Positions 1 to 8,394 of a DNA stretch of 64,000 nucleotides are shown in pieces; the first letter of the stretch is position 1; every line of letters begins with the position of its first letter. The stretch comes from Minisyncoccota bacterium (GTDB taxonomy: Bacteria; Patescibacteriota; Minisyncoccia; Phycocordibacterales; UBA9973). Below the pieces are notes generated by a model, which was not told where the DNA came from, made no database searches, and was given only the letters and a program-made list of their open reading frames with translations. Both the position numbers and the translations under genes were made by a program. The stretch lies in assembly GCA_942491275.1 (NCBI GenBank), contig CALNZI010000006.1:73899-137898 (forward strand), in the 5' to 3' direction.

Positions 1-1001
1 GCCTGAGTCATAGTGTAAAGAACCGGTGATCCTCTATATTTCATAGCCTCAAAACGATTTTGGCCATCTACCACCCATTTTTTAAACTCACCATCAATAC
101 AATCTGTCACGACTATTGTAACGAAAGAAATAACTCCATGTTTATCCATAGAATCAACAAGCTCCATGACATGTCTTTTTGTTGTAATCCTATTAAAAGG
201 TAAGAAGTGAAATTCACTATAATCAGTACTCATGTGAACATAAGAGGTTGAAGCTTTATTCTCACTATCTGCTTCTGTTACCAATAATCCTCTTTTAGTA
301 ACGATCTTTTCTGAAGCAAAAGTCTTGTTCTCCCCTTCTTCCCTTTTTTCTTCGGGAATAAGAAGTTTTTTAGGGATAAATAGAATGTCTTTAGTGCTAT
401 TTAAAATTTCTATCTCAGAATTTTTAGCTGTAATTTTGACGATTTTCCCATCTTTTTGAGTTTTCATAACTCCAGAGCTATGTTCTGTAAACAATTCGGC
501 CTGCATTTCTGAAGAAAATAAAATTTTAATTACCACGGGGTCGTTTTTTGAAGCAACAATCACGGATGTTTTAATTTCAGCAGAAAAAAGATCTGAGTAC
601 TTTGAAAACTCACTTTTTATTTTTTCAAAAAAAACTTTTACTGAACGATTCTCTAAAAAAGAATCACCCGATTGTTCTTTCTCTGAAACCTTAATCACTT
701 TGTCATTGAAAAAGGTTATTCTTGATAAATACTTTTTTTCAGATTCAAGTGCCGAAAGAATAGTGTTGACCATATCTATACCACCACCACAATGAATAAT
801 AAATGTTCTCCTGTCTTCAATGCTTGGAACAGCTTTAGGCATAATAGTTGTAGTTTCAATCCAAAAATTAGGCTTCATATCTAATTTAACTTTTGCTTTT
901 TCTTCAATAAAATCAATTAGTTCCTTTTTAAAGATGCCTGATTCAGTAAGAGGTCTGCCGGCCTGAGCAACGATTCCTCCTCCTTTTACTTTTGTTGTCA
1001 T
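1..1001 (-). CDS. ParB/DUF262-like (sulfiredoxin-fold) domain protein; C-terminus runs off the window
   Basis: ATG at 1001-999. Reading the frame by hand I found no stop down to nt 3. It is absent from the ORF track because it has no in-window stop. The C-terminal part reads ..LPFNRITTKRHVMELVDSMDKHGVISFVTIVVTD..KKWVVDGQNRFEAM, which fits the FxR...DGQxR pattern of ParB-like/DUF262 domains. The first ~260 aa are unrecognised. Confidence 0.55.
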   Translation of the reverse strand, partial: MTTKVKGGGIVAQAGRPLTESGIFKKELIDFIEEKAKVKLDMKPNFWIETTTIMPKAVPSIEDRRTFIIHCGGGIDMVNTILSALESEKKYLSRITFFNDKVIKVSEKEQSGDSFLENRSVKVFFEKIKSEFSKYSDLFSAEIKTSVIVASKNDPVVIKILFSSEMQAELFTEHSSGVMKTQKDGKIVKITAKNSEIEILNSTKDILFIPKKLLIPEEKREEGENKTFASEKIVTKRGLLVTEADSENKASTSYVHMSTDYSEFHFLPFNRITTKRHVMELVDSMDKHGVISFVTIVVTDCIDGEFKKWVVDGQNRFEAMKYRGSPVLYTMTQ

Positions 1002-1016
1002 TTTTTTAGGTTTTAA

Positions 1017-1080
1017 TTAATATTGAGTTGATTTTTAAGCTTACCTGATTAGATAAAATTAAAAATCAACTCAATATTAA
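1017..1080. repeat. 22-bp perfect inverted repeat (1017-1038 / 1059-1080) with 20-nt spacer
   Basis: ttaatattgagttgatttttaa ... ttaaaaatcaactcaatattaa, read directly. It lies 16 nt upstream of the ATG at 1001 on the minus strand. Confidence 0.85.
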
Positions 1081-1204
1081 ACTTTTTCAATGTTTTTTTT
1101 ACTCTACCACAGACAGAAACTCTAGTCAAAATATTAATTATTTTAAAATACCGGTAAGCTGTTTTTTATGAAAGCGAGTAACTTTCATAAAAATCTAATT
1201 AGGT

Positions 1205-1242
1205 GTTGTAATTAAAAAGAACTGACTTATGTAAGTCAGTTC
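1205..1242 (-). terminator. intrinsic terminator after the DHOD-like gene
   Basis: Stem gaactgact/agtcagttc (1219-1227 / 1234-1242), followed on the minus strand by TTTTTAATT. Confidence 0.6.
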
Positions 1243-1270
1243 CCTATTTAATATTGTTTATATTATCTTT

Positions 1271-2272
1271 TTATTTGGAAAAGATTTGATTTCCATACTT
1301 TATTAAGCTTCTCATCCTCCAAGGACGAAGAGTTGCTACTGAGCCTAAGGCTATTCCCTTTACAATTTTAAATTGTGAAAGTCGGAATATGTCCTTTTTT
1401 CTCATTATTCCACCGCCGGCGATTATAGAGACAGTGTTATCGTATCGTTGCATTTCTCTCAGCCAAGCTGTGAGTAATGGGAAGAGTGGTGCACCAGACA
1501 ACCCTCCTTTAAATCTACCACCAAAGTGTTTAGTTAATGGTGACTTTTCTCTTGGGAAAAGTTTTTTCCACCATCCTCTACTTTCTTTCTCACCAAAACC
1601 AATGGTATTGGTTAAACAGAACGCATCACAATATGGCTTAAGAGAAACAATTGTTTCCGGTTCAATCAAAAGATTAAACTTTGGAATCAAAATAAGATCT
1701 GGAACCATTTTTCTAAATATAGATAAAATCTTAATGATCTCAGATGGATCTTGTCTTTCATCGTGTCCAGTGTTGGGACATGAAAAGTTTATCTGTAACG
1801 CATAATTAAACTCATGATAGCCAGAAACACCAGCTGATAAGATTCGACAAAAATCCATTGCTTCATCGATTTTTTCTTCAAGTGTTACACCAACTGGCAT
1901 AAAAGAAATTTGAAATGGTTCTTTTCTAATCTGCCATTTACCATAGAAAAACATTTCAAACGCACCCAGGTTTGCTAAGCCAACTGCGTTTAATAGGTAG
2001 CCTTTTAATATAGATTTAAAACTAAACCATATTGATTTAGGAAAAAATCTTTTTAGTTTATACCCATCACGAAGTTCCGTGTTGGATGAAGTAGGATATA
2101 TTCTTGGATTTAAAGTAATTGTTTTAGAAACAAACACCATGTCTTTAAAATTAAATCCTGGGAATATTCGACACCATTTATGGTGTGGGTGTTCATCCGG
2201 TTCATCAAAGAAACCTTGAACGCCAGATTGTCCGAAGACAAAATGTTTAAAATCTAAGTGTTTTATCTTCAT
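1271..2272 (-). CDS. pyrD: dihydroorotate dehydrogenase-like flavin TIM-barrel oxidoreductase
   Basis: Track ORF of 333 aa. DHOD-family motif series: LLNAVGLANLG, NFSCPNT, LIPKFN, LTNTIG, GGLSGAPL, IIAGGGI. Confidence 0.7.
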   Translation of the reverse strand: MKIKHLDFKHFVFGQSGVQGFFDEPDEHPHHKWCRIFPGFNFKDMVFVSKTITLNPRIYPTSSNTELRDGYKLKRFFPKSIWFSFKSILKGYLLNAVGLANLGAFEMFFYGKWQIRKEPFQISFMPVGVTLEEKIDEAMDFCRILSAGVSGYHEFNYALQINFSCPNTGHDERQDPSEIIKILSIFRKMVPDLILIPKFNLLIEPETIVSLKPYCDAFCLTNTIGFGEKESRGWWKKLFPREKSPLTKHFGGRFKGGLSGAPLFPLLTAWLREMQRYDNTVSIIAGGGIMRKKDIFRLSQFKIVKGIALGSVATLRPWRMRSLIKYGNQIFSK

Positions 2273-2350
2273 CTTTTCTGTTTTATGTGATTATTATATT
2301 TTGAATGAGGTTTATTTCTTTGTTCGAAATATACCACAGAATCTATATTG

Positions 2351-2388
2351 TGGCAAATAAAAGAAGGTATCACTTTACAGCAATACCT
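2351..2388 (-). terminator. intrinsic terminator after the OMPdc-OPRT gene
   Basis: Stem aggtat/atacct (2365-2370 / 2383-2388), followed on the minus strand by TCTTTTATTT. Confidence 0.5.
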
Positions 2389-2420
2389 CCTTAATTTTAA
2401 TTTAGTTTGTTGAATTTTAT

Positions 2421-3875
2421 TTATTTACGCATAGCATCTTCTAGTTTCTGCCATTCATGTTTAGGCTTCAAAACAATATTAGATGCTTTTAAATGAGCTT
2501 GAACTTTTTCATCCGTTTGTTCATATTGGTCAGTAGGTAAATCTACTACCGAAACAACAGGTCTACTCCAGAACATTATTTTACTCGGTTGTGATCTATT
2601 AACAATACACGCGATACCATCAACTTCGGCTCCAAATGAATCAACCAAACTACAAAGTTCTTTAGTTGTTGAAAAGTTATTACAAAGATCTTCAATAATA
2701 AAAACGCGGGCGTCTTTACTAATATTATGTCTTTTCACAACTAATTTACTCGTGTCTTTGGTATTTTTTGTTTTATCACCTAATTCAAGGGTTACTTTCT
2801 CTGCAAAAGCAAATTCACAATTTAATTCTTGTGAAAGTGCCTGTGCTAAAGCGATACCTCCCATAGGAGCTCCTAAAACAACATCTATGACAAACCCAAG
2901 ACTTGTCAATTTTTCCGCTAATATCCCAGCAAAATATTTTAGAATACGAGGGTTTTGTTCGATACGAGCCATGTTGTAATAATGGTAACCTACCTTAGGT
3001 TTTCCATCCTCACCTTTTCCAGCATATGCAACTAAGGGTCCTAGATAATTATTTTTATCATCTTGAGGACTCACATATACCGCTTGGAAATTTTTAAGTG
3101 TTTGCAAATGATCATTAGGCACTATTATTTGTGCTTTTTCTATTTCCTTAATAGTCATAGCAACGCTTTCTTCTGCACTAATTCCGTTCTCAGGGTTTCC
3201 TTTAGTTATCTGAGCACCCATAACAACATAATCAGCACCATTTTCGAAAGCGAAACGAACACCATTCGATCTTTTCTGTTGACCACTTTTCATCCACGAA
3301 TCTCTTATTCCAGGAACAATTAACTTCATTTCTGGAAAAGCCTTCTTCAAACTAGATACTTCTAATGGTGAACACACTACCGCATCAAGAACATCAGGGC
3401 ATAATTCATTAATAACACAAGTATCCTCAATGATCTTGCCTATTGGATCTATCCCATAACGCAGGTAACATTCCTCTTCGCTTGTATCAGTTAATACGCT
3501 GACTAATGCCAGTTTAGTATTAGGTAATAGTTCACGAACTTCTTTAAAAGTAGTACTACTACAACATTCACGAATAGTTAATATGTCTGGAAACAATCCA
3601 ATTCCTGTGTATTGTTTCAAAATATTCAAATTCGTGCCAGAAGTATCTGATAATTTTAAATCAAGAAATATTTTTATATTCCAAAATTCATTTTTAATCA
3701 ACCAGTCTTGTACATCTTGCATAACATTACATCCACTCTCGCCATAAACAACATCGTTTAACTTGATGTGAGAAATAATATCTTTTGCATTTGGGATACT
3801 AAGAATAGCCTCTAGTTTTTTCTGAACTCCTCTCGAGTTATAAAAACCATCAATCGGTACAATTACATTTTTCAT
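2421..3875 (-). CDS. pyrF/pyrE: fusion protein: N-terminal OMP decarboxylase-like domain + C-terminal orotate phosphoribosyltransferase domain
   Basis: 484 aa. N-terminal half has FLDLKLSDTSGT (the DxKxxD-type OMPdc motif) and VVMGAQIT. C-terminal half has the type-I PRTase PRPP loop VFIIEDLCNNFSTTKE. Confidence 0.8.
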   Translation of the reverse strand: MKNVIVPIDGFYNSRGVQKKLEAILSIPNAKDIISHIKLNDVVYGESGCNVMQDVQDWLIKNEFWNIKIFLDLKLSDTSGTNLNILKQYTGIGLFPDILTIRECCSSTTFKEVRELLPNTKLALVSVLTDTSEEECYLRYGIDPIGKIIEDTCVINELCPDVLDAVVCSPLEVSSLKKAFPEMKLIVPGIRDSWMKSGQQKRSNGVRFAFENGADYVVMGAQITKGNPENGISAEESVAMTIKEIEKAQIIVPNDHLQTLKNFQAVYVSPQDDKNNYLGPLVAYAGKGEDGKPKVGYHYYNMARIEQNPRILKYFAGILAEKLTSLGFVIDVVLGAPMGGIALAQALSQELNCEFAFAEKVTLELGDKTKNTKDTSKLVVKRHNISKDARVFIIEDLCNNFSTTKELCSLVDSFGAEVDGIACIVNRSQPSKIMFWSRPVVSVVDLPTDQYEQTDEKVQAHLKASNIVLKPKHEWQKLEDAMRK

Positions 3876-4035
3876 TTTTATCGTTTTAGTTTATATGTGA
3901 GAAAATAAATTCAACTTTTTCAAAGTGCAATATATACTTGTGACTATACTATGAATATGCTTCTAGGTCAATAGCAAGTATACTCCTCTTGTAATTAACT
4001 TAAACCACTGTCACTTTTGCCACTTTTCATAGACA

Positions 4036-4127
4036 CACGAGAAGGGTCAAATTATTTAAATAAAAGTATATAAAATAACCTTACTGGTCAATAAATCAAT
4101 TGGTTCTATCTCGAGAACCCTCACAAA
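4036..4127. repeat. copy 1 of an 82-bp perfect direct repeat (plus 10 nt at 8/10 identity)
   Basis: cacgagaagggtcaaattatttaaataaaagtatataaaataaccttactggtcaataaatcaattggttctatctcgagaa at 4036-4117, identical to 4896-4977. Confidence 0.95.
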
Positions 4128-4128
4128 T

Positions 4129-4782
4129 TTAATTATCTAATTTAAAAAATTTAGTTTTTTCTCCATTAACAACTATAACTTCCCCATCCCTTAATGTTTT
4201 GTATGGTATATTATTTTTTTCATAATATTCAATTTCCTTATCTATGTCTGATGACTCAGGATGATCTGATTTATAATGCACAGCTATGTGGTAATCTAAA
4301 ATACCTAGTCCATTCCAACTAAAATCTAATTTATATCCCTGTGGAACTATTGATGGATCATCAACAATCTCTAATCCTTTTAATGACTTAGAAAGAATAA
4401 CAACACCAGCACTGAAACCAGAGTAAATAATCTCATCTTTCAAAATCATATCTTTTATAAGATTATCAAAACCACTCTGTTCATATGCACGCTTAAGCAC
4501 AAAAGTATTACCTCCATAAACCCAAACCATCCCAAAATTAAGAAGATGTTTTTTAAGTTCATCTTTTTTATTAAAGTAATTTCTTAAATCAATTTGTTCT
4601 GGCTTAAAACCTAAAGACTTTAAAACGTCTATTTGATCATTAAGACTCGCAGCTACTCTTTCTTTATCATCACTCCAGTCTACTGCATTCATAATCACCC
4701 CAACCTTTTTATTATCAAGTCTAAGTTTTACTAATTCTTCAGTATAATTTCCAAATTTGTATGATGATAAATATAATCTCAT
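4129..4782 (-). CDS. peptidase S51 (dipeptidase E-like) family protein
   Basis: 217 aa. Contains VYGGNTF and the nucleophile-elbow-like GFSAG, with overall peptidase E-like length and layout. Confidence 0.7.
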   Translation of the reverse strand: MRLYLSSYKFGNYTEELVKLRLDNKKVGVIMNAVDWSDDKERVAASLNDQIDVLKSLGFKPEQIDLRNYFNKKDELKKHLLNFGMVWVYGGNTFVLKRAYEQSGFDNLIKDMILKDEIIYSGFSAGVVILSKSLKGLEIVDDPSIVPQGYKLDFSWNGLGILDYHIAVHYKSDHPESSDIDKEIEYYEKNNIPYKTLRDGEVIVVNGEKTKFFKLDN

Positions 4783-4895
4783 CTGTTTATTTTATCATAA
4801 TTTAAATCTAATTAAGAGATAATGTCCTAAACCCTACCTTATTTTCTACAATCGAGTTCCAATAAATTACCCGTAGGGTCACCATGTCGTACTAG

Positions 4896-4987
4896 CACGA
4901 GAAGGGTCAAATTATTTAAATAAAAGTATATAAAATAACCTTACTGGTCAATAAATCAATTGGTTCTATCTCGAGAAGTCTCACAAA
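4896..4987. repeat. copy 2 of the 82-bp perfect direct repeat
   Basis: Identical to 4036-4117 (offset 860 nt). Both copies sit just 3' of a minus-strand gene. Confidence 0.95.
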
Positions 4988-5032
4988 AAAACCTCTCCAA
5001 AAAGAAGAGGCTTTAAATGTTTACTACAAAAG

Positions 5033-5578
5033 CTAAAGTTCAATTCCAAAAGATTTTAGCAAGGATACAAAAATTTCTTTTCCTTCCTTTAATTCTCTTT
5101 TGTCGTAGATTTTACGAATAATCAGGGCCGCAATTTGTCTCATTTTTTTAATGTCCTGGATTGCAAGCATTCTAATCCTCAACATTAACATACAGGACTC
5201 ATCTCCCAATTCCGGTAAACCAGAAAAAGATAAGTAATAATCATCTCCATTATTTAAATTTAAGAAAATAGCTCCTCCAAATTCATTACTGTCTGGGTTT
5301 CTGCTGTCCCATGATGTGTAATGTCTTTTGCCCATTTTTCTTAAACGACAAAGCCTGTCTGGTTTTTCCTGAGAAAGATTAAAGTATTTTGCTACCTTAA
5401 GTTTATCCTCAATAATTCCAATTTTATATATTGAGTTAATTTCTCCATCCGCATTTTTTACGGTTAGATATCCTCCTTGGCGACTCCCTTTTTTTGTAAG
5501 ATCTTCTGGAAGTTTAAGATAAGCGAAGAGTACTTCTTCCATCTTCGTCTTGATTTGATTTGTTAAATCTAAATTCAT
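5033..5578 (-). CDS. hypothetical protein (181 aa)
   Basis: Track ORF with a good upstream promoter-like element. No recognisable motifs. Confidence 0.5.
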   Translation of the reverse strand: MNLDLTNQIKTKMEEVLFAYLKLPEDLTKKGSRQGGYLTVKNADGEINSIYKIGIIEDKLKVAKYFNLSQEKPDRLCRLRKMGKRHYTSWDSRNPDSNEFGGAIFLNLNNGDDYYLSFSGLPELGDESCMLMLRIRMLAIQDIKKMRQIAALIIRKIYDKRELKEGKEIFVSLLKSFGIEL

Positions 5579-5622
5579 CTTTAATTTTTTTGGTGAACAA
5601 TAAGGTTAAAACTGTTTTTTAC

Positions 5623-5651
5623 ACAATACAATTTATTTTAAAAATTGTCAA
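5623..5651 (-). promoter_or_regulatory. sigma70-like promoter candidate TTGACA-17-TATTGT for the 181-aa gene
   Basis: Minus strand: TTGACA (5651-5646), a 17-nt spacer, then TATTGT (5628-5623). Confidence 0.4.
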
Positions 5652-5669
5652 TATTAGTCCAATATCCTG

Positions 5670-5687
5670 CCCCCCCCCCAAAAAAAA
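5670..5687. repeat. homopolymer tract C10 followed by A8
   Basis: ctgCCCCCCCCCCAAAAAAAAtag, counted directly. The A8 (T8 on the minus strand) is the U-tail of the adjacent terminator. Confidence 0.9.
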
Positions 5688-5711
5688 TAGCCACCTAAAA
5701 TAGGAGGCTAT
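5680..5711 (-). terminator. intrinsic terminator after the 67-aa ORF
   Basis: Imperfect 10-bp stem atagccacct/aggaggctat (one mismatch), followed on the minus strand by T8. Confidence 0.55.
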
Positions 5712-5725
5712 TCAATTATAAGTAA

Positions 5726-5929
5726 TTAATCCCAAGGATCTTTACTATCTCCCATTTCGGGGAAAAATAGATCTCCACAAGAAGGAGCAGGGGTATTTTT
5801 ATCTTCAACTTTTTTATCATCAAAAGTTTGACGATATGAAACAACTTTTTTAGCATTTACTTTTTTTTCTTTTTCAACTAGAAAAAAATTGATGTGGGTT
5901 TTTACAAAACCTCCGTTATTTTTAGTCAT
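5726..5929 (-). CDS. hypothetical small protein (67 aa)
   Basis: Track ORF followed by a terminator. No homology recognised. Confidence 0.35.
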   Translation of the reverse strand: MTKNNGGFVKTHINFFLVEKEKKVNAKKVVSYRQTFDDKKVEDKNTPAPSCGDLFFPEMGDSKDPWD

Positions 5930-5949
5930 AAATATTTCTCCTTTTTATT

Positions 5950-6267
5950 TTAATTAACACTACTTACTATTTTCAATTTTCTTTCTTTACGGGGAACATT
6001 TATTCCTCTTAATAAATTTAATTTACTTGGGATAATTTTAGACTCCCAATCAACTGAGTTATCAATACCAATAAGATGATATTTTTTTCTCCCACAATTA
6101 CACCTACCAGCAATAATTTTACCATCTCTGTGATAAATTTTATTTATTGCATGTTTTGTTTCTTCTGGAATTTGTTTATTCAATTCTTGAAATAAATCCC
6201 TATTTATTTCAATTTGGTCCAAAAAATTATTTGTTGGATTCTCGTCAAAGTCAATTAAAAAACACAT
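5950..6267 (-). CDS. hypothetical protein (105 aa)
   Basis: Track ORF with SD-like aaggagg upstream (reverse complement of 6273-6279). Contains CNCG..H; no family recognised. Confidence 0.45.
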   Translation of the reverse strand: MCFLIDFDENPTNNFLDQIEINRDLFQELNKQIPEETKHAINKIYHRDGKIIAGRCNCGRKKYHLIGIDNSVDWESKIIPSKLNLLRGINVPRKERKLKIVSSVN

Positions 6268-6594
6268 AAAAGTTCCTCCTTGTTTAAGTTAAAAATTGGT
6301 TTAATTATATTTATTTATTGTTTTTAAAGAACAAAAAAAATTCAGCTTCTTTTGAAAGCTGGTTTTTAGTAATAAATAAATTTTTTAGGGGAGAATTTTT
6401 ATTAACAAAAATCAGCTTTCAAAATGAAAGTCTTAATAAAATAAATGTGTCCCCAAGTGGAGTTATTATTTTGATTTTTGATAACATCTAACATAATATA
6501 TATATATATATTTACATATTGAAAAAATAAAGTCAAATATAAATTCCCCCAAATTATTAAATTAGGGGGAATTTTTTAAAACCTGATTAGGTAA

Positions 6595-6945
6595 TTAACG
6601 AGCAACTTCCTCTTGAAAAACATAATCTTCTAAAGTTTCTTCTATTTCTTTAAAGGAATTTATCTTACTAAAATCAAATTCCTTAATTAGCTTTAAAAGT
6701 AACAACCGAGCATTTTTAATTCGATTTTTTGTCTCTGGCGGTAACTTTGACCCTTCCAACTTTAAAATTGATTTTTCAAGTTTAAAATCTAAGCTTTCCT
6801 CAAAATAACGAGGAATAAACTTCTCGATAAAACTTGATTCATTAGAATTTTTATCCAGTATCGCTACTCGATAGAGTCTTAATAATGTTGGTAACGTCTG
6901 AAGCTTCAGCTCTTTTTCAGTAATTTCAATCTTTTTCTTTGCCAT
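6595..6945 (-). CDS. hypothetical protein (116 aa)
   Basis: Track ORF. A hairpin aattccccc/gggggaatt (6542-6573) lies just downstream. Confidence 0.45.
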   Translation of the reverse strand: MAKKKIEITEKELKLQTLPTLLRLYRVAILDKNSNESSFIEKFIPRYFEESLDFKLEKSILKLEGSKLPPETKNRIKNARLLLLKLIKEFDFSKINSFKEIEETLEDYVFQEEVAR

Positions 6946-7060
6946 AATTTAAATTTTAGAGATTTTTATAAAGAATTTTTTATTACTTTAACATATTTTA
7001 AGGAATAGTCAAACCTAGTAAAAAGCTTACTCTTTTACTGGGTTAAAAATACTTCTTTAG

Positions 7061-8362
7061 TTATCTATTATTCCACTCTTTCTCCTGACGGCAGAGAATC
7101 TTCTTTTTATCCTCAGGATGGGCCATAATGGCCTCCACAGCCTTTTCTAGGCGTATTCCTTGTGAACCCTTGATTAGTAGAATATCCCCTATTTTAACGA
7201 ATTTTTGAAGGAATTCAGCAACTTCCTTTGAGTCATTAAAATGATGTATATTTTCTTTATTGAATCCTTTATTTAAGGCTCCTTCATCAACAAATTCTGA
7301 TCTAGGCCCTACGGTAATAATAACATCAGTAATTCCAACTAATTCCTCTCCAATAAGACGATGTTCATTTTCTGTAAATTTTCCAAGCTCAAGCATGTCT
7401 CCAAAAACAACAATTTTTCTTTTAGCTTTCACTTCTTTCAAAACCTCAATGGCTGCATAGCTGGCAACTGGAGAAGAATTATATGTATCGTCAATAATAT
7501 ATGAATCATTAATTCCTTTAATCAAAGATAATCTTCCTGGAGGTGTTACATACTCACCAACTGCATTTATGGAATCCAATAAGTCACAACCAACTTCCCC
7601 GGCCACAGCTAAAGCAGCTAGAGCTGAACCCATGTAATGAAATCCAATAACGTGGGGCAAAGAAACGGGAAAAGTATTCCCATTATATTCAAGTTTAAAA
7701 TTAATACCTTCAACGACGGACACTTCTCCTTTTTCTTTTATTACATGGGAAGGATGAGTTGCATGGTAGGTGGCATTTTCTTGCTCTCCAAAGGAAACCG
7801 TTTTACACTTGGCTTTACTATGCAAAGCATAAACTTTTTCATCATCATGATTTAAAATTAATACTCCCTTAGAAGGAACGGCGTAGGCCAGGGCGCTTTT
7901 TTCTTCTATAATTTTTTCATTGGATCCAAAAAATTCAACATGGACTGGGCTGTCAGGGAAACGAGTAATAACCGCAATATCTGGCTTAAGCCAAGGAGAA
8001 ACATTTTTTATTATATCTCCTGGCTTCCCTACTCCAACTTCTAAAATTAAATATTCTGGATAGGACTGCTTCCAAATTATTAATGAAAAACCTCTTATAA
8101 TATTTTCCAACCAAATAGAAAAATTACTCCAACCATTTGGTAAACCAAGAATTGTTAAAGGTAATCCAACTTCACTATTGAAACTTTTCTCACTTTTCCG
8201 AACTGTTTTAAATTTAGACAACACCGTAAAAACAGCATCCTTTGTTGAAGTTTTTCCAACAGATCCAGTTATGGCAATAATTTTTGGGCGATAACGTTTT
8301 AAAACCAACCTAGCTTGCCAAGTCACAATTGATACCACAATTTTTTTTAATATGTTCTTCAT
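7061..8362 (-). CDS. murF: UDP-N-acetylmuramoyl-tripeptide--D-alanyl-D-alanine ligase
   Basis: 433 aa. Mur ligase P-loop ITGSVGKTSTKD; sits next to ftsI in the dcw context. Confidence 0.9.
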   Translation of the reverse strand: MKNILKKIVVSIVTWQARLVLKRYRPKIIAITGSVGKTSTKDAVFTVLSKFKTVRKSEKSFNSEVGLPLTILGLPNGWSNFSIWLENIIRGFSLIIWKQSYPEYLILEVGVGKPGDIIKNVSPWLKPDIAVITRFPDSPVHVEFFGSNEKIIEEKSALAYAVPSKGVLILNHDDEKVYALHSKAKCKTVSFGEQENATYHATHPSHVIKEKGEVSVVEGINFKLEYNGNTFPVSLPHVIGFHYMGSALAALAVAGEVGCDLLDSINAVGEYVTPPGRLSLIKGINDSYIIDDTYNSSPVASYAAIEVLKEVKAKRKIVVFGDMLELGKFTENEHRLIGEELVGITDVIITVGPRSEFVDEGALNKGFNKENIHHFNDSKEVAEFLQKFVKIGDILLIKGSQGIRLEKAVEAIMAHPEDKKKILCRQEKEWNNR

Positions 8363-8394
8363 TAATAATTCGTAATTCTTAATTCGTAATTATC

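Noticed and set aside
6496-6511. An (AT)8 microsatellite in the 6268-6594 intergenic region.
   Set aside because: A short dinucleotide run is expected in an AT-rich spacer, and nothing links it to a function.
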